Shown piece by piece: positions 24,360-31,528 of a stretch of 32,000 nucleotides of DNA (positions are counted from its first letter, which is position 1; each line of letters starts with the position of its first letter). Made by a program: the position numbers and the translations under genes. The notes beneath the pieces are model-generated. The model was not told the origin of the DNA. It did no database searches and was given only the letters and a program-made list of their open reading frames with translations. Origin of the DNA: Candidatus Saccharimonadota bacterium (GTDB taxonomy: Bacteria; Patescibacteriota; Microgenomatia; UBA1406; GWC2-37-13); NCBI GenBank assembly GCA_001790095.1, contig MGBH01000001.1, positions 360,001 through 392,000 of the forward strand, read 5' to 3'.

Positions 24360-24388
24360 ATTATACATTATTTGAGCTTTATTGTCAA
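24360..24388 (-). promoter_or_regulatory. Perfect-consensus sigma-70 promoter TTGACA-N17-TATAAT (minus strand) upstream of the giant LPGTG gene
   Basis: -35 TTGACA at 24388-24383, a 17-nt spacer, -10 TATAAT at 24365-24360. It lies about 80 nt upstream of ATG 24280. Confidence 0.6.
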
Positions 24389-24436
24389 TCTAAGTATGTT
24401 TCCTTTACAAAAAAGGATAATACATACTGCATATAT

Positions 24437-24462
24437 AACGCTTGATAGTAATTTTTGTTACA
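24437..24462 (-). promoter_or_regulatory. ECF-sigma-type promoter candidate TGTAAC-N16-CGTT (minus strand)
   Basis: TGTAAC at 24462-24457, a 16-nt spacer, CGTT at 24440-24437. The AAC-N16-CGT geometry resembles the published sigmaX/sigmaW/sigmaM-class ECF consensus. It lies just downstream of the sigma and membrane-protein genes and upstream of the LPGTG operon. Confidence 0.4.
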
Positions 24463-24502
24463 CATTTACTTAAAAAGAAGATAACCATGACTTATGAGAG
24501 AA

Positions 24503-24982
24503 TTATGGATGATCGGGGTGAATAGGATGCTCAGGATGTTCAGGGTGAATAGGATGCTCAGGATGATCTTTTGATACTTCAGCAGAAGAGGATGAGGATG
24601 AAGATGTTGAAGAAGAGGAGTTGCTAGATATAGAGGTGGTAGGTTGCAAAGAACTATCCGAACCGGCTGATGTCTTAAGAGGGGTTGGAGTAATTTTTTG
24701 CGTAGTTTTTGTCTCTTCTTGTATTTTCTGGGATGAATCTGCTTTTGGCAACTTTGTAGCTATTATGCTTGTAGCTACTATTCCTGCAGTAACAACAGTT
24801 AGCAGCCGTTTGTTTGCGATTTTTTTAACTTTATTTAATATTCCTTTTGTCTGAGGTGGGAGTGGAAGATTATGCGCACAATGATGAAGAAGTGTGTTTT
24901 TTAGCGCCTGCCTTTGATTGTGGCCAAGGACAAAGCCTCCCTTTAGAGAGCTCAAATTGTGTATTAATTTTTTATCTTCCAT
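24503..24982 (-). CDS. Single-pass membrane protein translationally coupled to the ECF sigma (putative anti-sigma factor) with a Ser-rich linker and a C-terminal (HPx)7 tail
   Basis: The start overlaps the sigma stop by 11 nt. The TM helix is LLTVVTAGIVATSIIA. The extracytoplasmic part is SISSNSSSSTSSSSSSSAEVSK then DHPEHPIHPEHPEHPIHPDHP. I did not recognise a canonical zf-HC2 motif, so the anti-sigma call rests on context. Confidence 0.45.
   Translation of the reverse strand: MEDKKLIHNLSSLKGGFVLGHNQRQALKNTLLHHCAHNLPLPPQTKGILNKVKKIANKRLLTVVTAGIVATSIIATKLPKADSSQKIQEETKTTQKITPTPLKTSAGSDSSLQPTTSISSNSSSSTSSSSSSSAEVSKDHPEHPIHPEHPEHPIHPDHP
24516..24569 (-). repeat. 27-bp tandem duplication (2 copies) encoding the HPEHPIHPE/HPEHPIHPD repeat
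   Basis: On the plus strand, gggtgaataggatgctcaggatg is repeated at 24516-24542 and 24543-24569. The first 22 nt are identical and the last 5 differ. Confidence 0.85.
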
Positions 24983-25532
24983 TGTTTAGTATTTGTTTTA
25001 ACTTAGCGATTGCTCTATGTTGGGTCACTCTGACTGACTCTGGTGATTTATCGATAATAACTGCCACTTCCTGCACTGGCAAATCCTCAATAAAACGCAA
25101 AATGACGATTTCCTTATAATCTTGAGGAAGCTGCGCGATCGCCTCATGAAGCTTTTGACATTCATCATCTTTGGTCACCTTATCTAAAATTTCAGATTTA
25201 CCGTCATGTTTATCAAATTTTTCAAAAGTATCGATATTAGTTATATTCGTTTTTTTCTTATCATCAAAATAATCGTAAATCAAATTTCGTGCTATAGCGT
25301 ATAGAAAAGCCCGAAAATTGTCTTTTTTATATTTATATATATAACTCCAAGCTTTCTTAAAAGTTTCACTTACGATATCTTCTGAATCGGGTACAGAATG
25401 TAGTTGGATCATGCAGTAGCGAAAGATTTCATCGGATAAAAGCTCAAAGAGTTTTCCATACGAATCAATATCGCCTTTTTGGCCCAGTTTTACCAAGTTC
25501 TCAATATCCATCTTTGTATAAGACCTCGGCAT
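24972..25532 (-). CDS. ECF-type RNA polymerase sigma-70 family factor
   Basis: 186 aa. Region 2-like segment: DIVSETFKKAWSYIYKYKKDNFRAFLYAIARNLIYDYF. Region 4 HTH: YKEIVILRFIEDLPVQEVAVIIDKSPESVRVTQHRAIAKLK. Confidence 0.85.
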   Translation of the reverse strand: MPRSYTKMDIENLVKLGQKGDIDSYGKLFELLSDEIFRYCMIQLHSVPDSEDIVSETFKKAWSYIYKYKKDNFRAFLYAIARNLIYDYFDDKKKTNITNIDTFEKFDKHDGKSEILDKVTKDDECQKLHEAIAQLPQDYKEIVILRFIEDLPVQEVAVIIDKSPESVRVTQHRAIAKLKQILNNGR

Positions 25533-25539
25533 GAATGGT

Positions 25540-25548
25540 ATTATATCA
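25540..25548 (-). promoter_or_regulatory. Extended -10 element TGATATAAT 7 nt upstream of the sigma-factor ATG (leaderless geometry)
   Basis: The minus-sense sequence is TGATATAAT (25548-25540), then 7 nt, then ATG at 25532. No good -35 was seen. Confidence 0.4.
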
Positions 25549-25559
25549 AATCTTGGTAT

Positions 25560-28187
25560 TTAGAGTTTTCTAACTTCTTTTACCAGTTCATTGACTGATT
25601 TGAGCAATATTTGAGCATAATTTAACCTATTTTGGCTTATCGAATATTCAGCTTGTTTTAGCCTTTTGTTAATTTCAATGAGAGTTTGAGTATTTTTTAA
25701 TATGTTTTTTCCTTTATTTTTCATGGATAGAAGAAATGTTTGAGTGGGAAGGTCTAACTTCTTAAGATTTCTTATGTCTGACTTGAGTTTAGAAGGAGAG
25801 ATTCCTATATTATATGAACCCATAACCTGATCATGTAAACGCTCTAATTTTTCAACAGCATACAAAACTTTTGCTCTCTCTTGTATTGGTAATTTATAGT
25901 ACCCGGAAAAAAGTTGCTGGTGAGAAAGAAGAAGAGTTGTTTTAAGTTTTCCCTTGTTCTGAACTTCGGAAAGCTGTTTTGAGAATTTTAAATTATTTAT
26001 CGCCTTTGTAATATCTGCCTTTTTAAAGGTTATATTTATATCTGAGAGATAAAGTATTAGTTCTTCAAAAAGTGTGGATGATGAAGACAATGAAAGTTGG
26101 GGAAACTGGTCGTCAAGCAAAAGAGTATAGATATCTGTTTGAGATGAGGGTGGATTTGCAGTGATTATTCCTTCGATCCGAGTCCAATAGTCTTTTTCTT
26201 CGGTCAGGCGACCTACCAGAATAGAATATCTTCCATTATCTTGTCCTGTTGCTCTTAATTCATATGAGTTTGAAAGAGCGTTTTCAATAAAAACAACCCC
26301 TTCTTGTTCTTGATATGTTTTACCTCCTACCCTTATCTCAAGTTTTGCTGGGGAAAGCATAAGAAATATAAGAGAAGGAAAAAGATTGGTTCTTTTTCCT
26401 TCTATAATATCTTTATCTTCGACTCCAATCTGCAATGTATCAAGCAGTTGCTTGATTGCATCTTTTGTGTAAATGAGCTCACCATGATCTTTTGAGAGGA
26501 TGATTGGATTTTCTCCACCTTTTGCGCTAACAGATGTGACAGTTAGATCACCCATGTCAGTCAATTTCTGAATCGGTCTACCGTCTGGATAATTATCAAG
26601 TAACTCATCTATAACATTTCTTTTTTTTACTACATATCCTGACGTAGTCATACCTTTTTCACCTGAAGTTGTTTGTAATATGTCAAATATTTGATTAAAG
26701 TTATCTTGATATCTTGAGAGCAGATTATTTTTGATTGCCATATTGGAGATTGAAATCACTTGAGACTCATCTTTTAAAAAATCTGTTGTAGGGATAAGGT
26801 TTTGAATTACCGGGAAGTTTTCTGAAAGGATTTGTCTATCGGTTTTTAATCCATCCTTATACAGCTGTAAAACAATTTTTTCAGCAAGCCAAAATAATGA
26901 ATTGTCAGTCTCAATCTCTCCTCCTTCTACTGCCATATAAGATTTTGCAATACCTTGATGAGGTGAACCAACTGTGACAAGATGTTCTATGTTTGTTTTT
27001 CCGTATTTTTGTGCGTATATACGACCTACTATACCACCGAGAGAATGACCCACTAGGTCGGCCGGTTGTTCAAGATGTAAATTGTTAATAAAAACATTCA
27101 ATTTATCAGCATTTGATTCGATATCTTTTCTCCAATCATAGTTAAAATAATAAAAGTCTTTGTTCTTTTCATACCCAAGATGTATTAATGTCTTTTCAAG
27201 ACCTTCGTATTCCTTGGCGATCGGATTAAGTATCCAGTCTTGCTGAAGAACGATTTTATTGTGAAGTATGGCATCTTTATTCCATGATCCAAGAAAACCA
27301 GGGATTATAATAATTGGATTTTTTTTAACTTGTTCAGACGAGGAAGCTCGGTTTAGACTCCACAAAGAGTTAATATTTTTGGCATAGTATAGATAAAGCG
27401 CGTTGTCTTTGTGCATTACAGAATGAAAACGCGGTGAATCGAAAACTATGTGTCGGTTGGTCCAGTTTGAGTTGCATGACGGTTGGCTAGTTGTCTCAAC
27501 AGTCTCAACACCATTGGGTGAGTGAAAAAATAAGTAATATATGTTATCTTTTTTAACAAGAGATTTTGGTGCTACATCTGCCTCAAGTAAGAAGTCGTGG
27601 CATTTTGTAAAGTGTATGCCATCTGTAGAATATGCAAAGCCCATTTTCCAGTTATTGCTTAACGCTGTATAGAAAAGATAGTAGGCTCCGTTTTCAAAAT
27701 AAATTGTGGGTGATGAGACTCCTGCCCATTCCCAGCTTTGCTCGGGCATAAGTACTGTTTGGAGGGTTGAAAGATCAAAATCGATTCCATTTGAAGAATC
27801 AATCCTCATAATACGCGTGTGCTGTCCGGGTGGAGTAGTGCCAAAATAAAGAACATAACCCTGCGGTGTCTTTAAAATAGATGGGTCATGAATATCTTGA
27901 TTATTTAGAAAATTGTACAATTTCTTTCTTTCCCAGTTGACATTATCTGTTGATTCACCATAAGCAAGACGCATCCCATTTCCCAAACTGGTATACCACA
28001 TCTTGTATTTTGACTCATCATATAAAAAAGAAGCCTGGATGATTCCAGCTTCCTCCCAGTTATAGTACTGGCCCGTAACATTAAGAGGATTTTCCTCATA
28101 CGGTATAAATGGTTCGAAAGCATATGTTTGTTTTGAACTAAACAAGGTTGTAAATAAAAAGAAAGCGACCAGTAGTATTTTTTTCAT
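25560..28187 (-). CDS. Secreted multidomain protein: N-terminal beta-propeller glycoside-hydrolase-like domain, LCAT/PGAP1-like alpha/beta-hydrolase (lipase/acyltransferase), and a C-terminal region of unknown function
   Basis: Domain evidence:
- Signal peptide MKKILLVAFFLFTTLFSSKQTYA.
- Repeated W/Y-rich blades (KMWYTS, YVLYFGT, YYLFYTA, YYLFFHS).
- IIIIPGFLGSW, FNYDWRKD (LCAT-family YDWR motif) and the nucleophile elbow GHSLGG (27033-27050). Confidence 0.7.
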   Translation of the reverse strand: MKKILLVAFFLFTTLFSSKQTYAFEPFIPYEENPLNVTGQYYNWEEAGIIQASFLYDESKYKMWYTSLGNGMRLAYGESTDNVNWERKKLYNFLNNQDIHDPSILKTPQGYVLYFGTTPPGQHTRIMRIDSSNGIDFDLSTLQTVLMPEQSWEWAGVSSPTIYFENGAYYLFYTALSNNWKMGFAYSTDGIHFTKCHDFLLEADVAPKSLVKKDNIYYLFFHSPNGVETVETTSQPSCNSNWTNRHIVFDSPRFHSVMHKDNALYLYYAKNINSLWSLNRASSSEQVKKNPIIIIPGFLGSWNKDAILHNKIVLQQDWILNPIAKEYEGLEKTLIHLGYEKNKDFYYFNYDWRKDIESNADKLNVFINNLHLEQPADLVGHSLGGIVGRIYAQKYGKTNIEHLVTVGSPHQGIAKSYMAVEGGEIETDNSLFWLAEKIVLQLYKDGLKTDRQILSENFPVIQNLIPTTDFLKDESQVISISNMAIKNNLLSRYQDNFNQIFDILQTTSGEKGMTTSGYVVKKRNVIDELLDNYPDGRPIQKLTDMGDLTVTSVSAKGGENPIILSKDHGELIYTKDAIKQLLDTLQIGVEDKDIIEGKRTNLFPSLIFLMLSPAKLEIRVGGKTYQEQEGVVFIENALSNSYELRATGQDNGRYSILVGRLTEEKDYWTRIEGIITANPPSSQTDIYTLLLDDQFPQLSLSSSSTLFEELILYLSDINITFKKADITKAINNLKFSKQLSEVQNKGKLKTTLLLSHQQLFSGYYKLPIQERAKVLYAVEKLERLHDQVMGSYNIGISPSKLKSDIRNLKKLDLPTQTFLLSMKNKGKNILKNTQTLIEINKRLKQAEYSISQNRLNYAQILLKSVNELVKEVRKL

Positions 28188-28246
28188 CTATCATTGTTCT
28201 AAAATAGTTAGAAAAAAAGCACAATGGACTATAGACAACAATTTGG

Positions 28247-29161
28247 TTATTTTTTCTTTATATAAAGCTCCAGAATAGAGCCAAAGTAGTTTATGTTTAA
28301 AAGTCGATACAGGAGCTTAGCAATGCATTTATCAAACAACAAATACTTAATATGAGAAATGTTGAAATAACACTGTTTTTTAGCCATAGGTGGATTGATT
28401 TGACAGTCCATTTTTAACCTACGAGGTTGGATGTGGCCCGTCACAGCCTTTAAAATTCCCATAAAATGTTCGGGGTAACTATATGTTGAAACTTTAATAA
28501 GATAATTTTTTTTTATTAGAAAACGAATGAGACAATATCTTGAAAAAATCCATAAGTGATCAGGAGGAGTTAAAAACGTGTAGTTATCATTTTCTACTCT
28601 ATACAAGTGACTATCTAGATTGGGTGTTTCAATATATAAAACGCCTCCAGGGTTAAGCAATTTTGCTGCACTCTGAACAGTTTGTTTTGGATTCTTTAAA
28701 TGTTCAACAACATGTATTAGTGTTATGAAGTCATATTTTTTTCTCTTAGACTTTTTCTGGTACTGTTCAAAAGTCATGCAAAATGTATGCATAATCTGTT
28801 TATAGTTTGAATTTGAAATAAGGCGTCTGGATGGTTCAATAGCATATATTTGTAAACCAATTTTTTTTGCTTCATCCAAAAAAAATCCATATCCTGAACC
28901 AATATCCAAAACAGTTTTTCCTAAAGGATTCATATGCAGTAATTTATTAATAATATGTTTAGCTTGAGTTCTTATAATTTTTTCGTTTAAAAAACCTGCG
29001 GTGTAGTTAAAGCTATTTTTGTAATACGCGCTTATTTCTTTATTTTTTAGAAAAGGAGATAGAAACAGTACTTTACAAAACTTACAGAAATAATAAATAT
29101 ATGTATCTTTTCTATTTTTTATCTCTGTCCTTGAGTTACATAAAGGACAAAAAACCTTCAT
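28247..29161 (-). CDS. Class I SAM-dependent methyltransferase with an N-terminal Zn-ribbon
   Basis: CPLC...CKFC pair at the N-terminus, VLDIGSGYGFF (SAM motif I), DFITLIHVVEHL, GGVLYIETPN. Confidence 0.75.
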   Translation of the reverse strand: MKVFCPLCNSRTEIKNRKDTYIYYFCKFCKVLFLSPFLKNKEISAYYKNSFNYTAGFLNEKIIRTQAKHIINKLLHMNPLGKTVLDIGSGYGFFLDEAKKIGLQIYAIEPSRRLISNSNYKQIMHTFCMTFEQYQKKSKRKKYDFITLIHVVEHLKNPKQTVQSAAKLLNPGGVLYIETPNLDSHLYRVENDNYTFLTPPDHLWIFSRYCLIRFLIKKNYLIKVSTYSYPEHFMGILKAVTGHIQPRRLKMDCQINPPMAKKQCYFNISHIKYLLFDKCIAKLLYRLLNINYFGSILELYIKKK

Positions 29162-29266
29162 GAAGCGATTATGATAAGAAGTTAAAAAAACACCAGAGCA
29201 TATATGCTACAATCTAATTAGAAGGGGTTGGTAGAACAGTATATTTTTTGCAATATCACTTTTACT

Positions 29267-30118
29267 ATGAAATGCTTACTTTGTGGTCACGAGACAGACG
29301 GGGTTTACAGGGTCGTAAATGAAGTAAAGATCTATGAGTGCAGGGCTTGTGGACTTGGATTTGTCGATCAGTCAAAGGCAATAGGCAAAACACTTGATCA
29401 CCTCTATTTGTTTGACATGTATAAAAAGCAAGAGGGTATGATTCGCAAGCGTTTGACTAATTTAGTCAATAAAATAGTCTATTTCAAATCATCAGGTTCG
29501 GTATTGGAGATAGGTGCGGGCTATGGACTTCTTAGCTCCATGTTATTACAGAAAGGTCATTATACGCTAGATGTTGTGGAGCCAAGTCTTATACCACACT
29601 ATCTAGCAAAGAAAAAGTTCACCCTTCATAAAACAGATCTAGACGGTTTCTTAAAGAAAAATAAAAAAAAATTTGATCTGATAGTTATGTTTGACGTTAT
29701 TGAACACCTGCCCAAACCTCTTGAATCAATAAAACAGTTAAGAAAAGCATTAAAGAGTGAAGGGGTTTTGGTTATTCAAACACCTAACTACAAAAGTATT
29801 ATGCAGTATATAGTAAGAGATTGGTCTTGGTGGATGGTGGAAGATCATAAATGGTTTTTTAGTCCGGATTCCCTAAAAAAATTATTAAATGAAGTGGGGT
29901 ATAAACCACTTCTTCTTTGGACTTATGAAGATTGGTTTGATTTTAAAAAAAATTTGGACGGTAATTTTGTCTATATCACCAATACATTTATTCGAAAGTG
30001 CACAAAAACTATATTTTTTACACTTTTTACTCCGATATATTTTTTGCTCCGTAATTTATTATGGAGTTCGGGAGAAGGAGGTCTTATTTTTTCAGTATCA
30101 TGCAGGAAGAAAGACTAG
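29267..30118 (+). CDS. Class I SAM-dependent methyltransferase with an N-terminal Zn-ribbon (divergent paralog of 28247-29161)
   Basis: MKCLLCGH...CRACG, VLEIGAGYGLL (motif I), DLIVMFDVIEHL, GVLVIQTPN. The ORF track begins at TTG 29228. ATG 29267 gives the same N-terminal Zn-ribbon layout as the paralog. Confidence 0.75.
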   Translation: MKCLLCGHETDGVYRVVNEVKIYECRACGLGFVDQSKAIGKTLDHLYLFDMYKKQEGMIRKRLTNLVNKIVYFKSSGSVLEIGAGYGLLSSMLLQKGHYTLDVVEPSLIPHYLAKKKFTLHKTDLDGFLKKNKKKFDLIVMFDVIEHLPKPLESIKQLRKALKSEGVLVIQTPNYKSIMQYIVRDWSWWMVEDHKWFFSPDSLKKLLNEVGYKPLLLWTYEDWFDFKKNLDGNFVYITNTFIRKCTKTIFFTLFTPIYFLLRNLLWSSGEGGLIFSVSCRKKD

Positions 30119-31482
30119 TAATAGCGATTGTGGATACTTGAGATAACAGAAATGACTATAAGATATAACATAAAAGTCAGCAATAACAAAAACCAACTAG
30201 ATTTTGGTAACGGATAAACACGCTTTTTCAACTGGATAAAGCTAAACATTGCAAACGGTATAAGACTCAAAAAATATCTTCCTTGAGTGCCATCTATGAT
30301 GAGTGATCCAACTATTTTCCAATTTAAATAAAAGATGGTCATCATAAATGTATAGGTAAGGAAAATACTTCCCAAGATGAGAAAAGATTGCCATTTCTCT
30401 ATGCGACTTTTTTTATCCAGTTTGATCGTATACATGATATATATACCTACTACTATAAACAATATATATATCCACCAATCCATAGAATAATCAAGCCACC
30501 CAAAAAGTCCTATAGCACCTTGTAGATGAAATTTAGTTAAACGAATGCTTGACTGAGTAAAATTCTGCAGATAATCAAATGGGTGACTCAGTATATATTG
30601 GGTTTGAAGCACGGGATTTATCCCCTTGGGATGATGTGTGTAGCGGGAAGCAGATAAATAAAACGTAGACTTACTCAAAAAGTAAACAAGTAATATAATA
30701 AATAAAACTACTCCGATTTTTTTTAGATATCTTGAAAATACCGTATCTATTTTTTTGTTTGGAATTAAAAAAACCAGAAGTAGCATTGGTTCAAAAGAAA
30801 GCTTCATAATAAAAAAAAGAATAAAGGTAAAAGCTATAAGTGCTAGATCATATAAAGACAAAGTATTTTTTTGTAAAAGATTAAGTAACAAAACAAAAAG
30901 ACTAAACCCCATCATATACTGCATGCTATCGTAGTTGTAACCAGTAATTTGATGGATCAACATGGGCAGTGAAAAAACAAATAATAGAATTGGCTTAAAC
31001 GGAGAGGGTGTTTTTCTAAACAAAAAAATAGTCCAAATGAAAACAAACAAAAACATAGTAAGTCTCCCCGTAAAAAAAGTAAGATACGCATTCAGATGAA
31101 AGAAACGAGCCAAAATAATGCCAAAGGCGTAGGGGATATAGGAAGAAGCTGGTAACATGAACTGTCCCCACGTAGACTCTCTCACCAATTGATAAGCTCC
31201 CCTATCTGCAAAGGGAGAGCGCACATACCACATGGGGTCAAACTTGATCTTTGGGTGATAGGGTATCTTATTTAGATGAGGGTCGTGTATAAGATCATAA
31301 TATTGTTTCTCAATAGGAAGCTCCACATCCTTATCAGTGAGAATAATTTTGCCGTGACTTAGTAGGATGCTTCGTATAAAATGACCGTGTTCATCGGGCT
31401 TTTGAAGAGGAGGAACAAGAAAGGTAAAAAAAAGACCTAAAACAAAAATATATGCGAAGACAATTTTTGCTGAAAAGCTCAT
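30115..31482 (-). CDS. Polytopic membrane protein, DUF2142 / GT-C-like glycosyltransferase candidate
   Basis: It has at least 10 hydrophobic helices. The first loop, PLQKPDEHGHFIRS, carries a DE..H motif typical of the DUF2142/GT-C first periplasmic loop. An extended -10 (TGTTATAAT, 31499-31491) lies 8 nt before the ATG. Confidence 0.6.
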   Translation of the reverse strand: MSFSAKIVFAYIFVLGLFFTFLVPPLQKPDEHGHFIRSILLSHGKIILTDKDVELPIEKQYYDLIHDPHLNKIPYHPKIKFDPMWYVRSPFADRGAYQLVRESTWGQFMLPASSYIPYAFGIILARFFHLNAYLTFFTGRLTMFLFVFIWTIFLFRKTPSPFKPILLFVFSLPMLIHQITGYNYDSMQYMMGFSLFVLLLNLLQKNTLSLYDLALIAFTFILFFIMKLSFEPMLLLVFLIPNKKIDTVFSRYLKKIGVVLFIILLVYFLSKSTFYLSASRYTHHPKGINPVLQTQYILSHPFDYLQNFTQSSIRLTKFHLQGAIGLFGWLDYSMDWWIYILFIVVGIYIMYTIKLDKKSRIEKWQSFLILGSIFLTYTFMMTIFYLNWKIVGSLIIDGTQGRYFLSLIPFAMFSFIQLKKRVYPLPKSSWFLLLLTFMLYLIVISVISSIHNRYY

Positions 31483-31528
31483 TTTGTCCTATTATAACAG
31501 TTATAACCAGTATAATTATTATATAAGT

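Noticed and set aside
24516-24569. Possible CRISPR-like or other non-coding repeat
   Set aside because: There are only two tandem copies with no spacers, and they lie in frame inside a CDS where they encode the HPx repeat. I noticed no other regularly spaced direct repeats in the window by eye. An exhaustive repeat search was not possible.
11995-25532. tRNA-Val as the integration site of a genomic island carrying the surface locus
   Set aside because: There is no integrase, recombinase or transposase ORF anywhere in the window. I did not see a duplicated copy of the tRNA 3' end that would mark an att site. folC and the GATase also lie between the tRNA and the locus.
29228-29266. TTG start for the plus-strand methyltransferase
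   Set aside because: ATG 29267 reproduces the MK.(F/L)C.LC Zn-ribbon N-terminus of the paralog. The 13 extra codons add a hydrophobic stretch with no counterpart.
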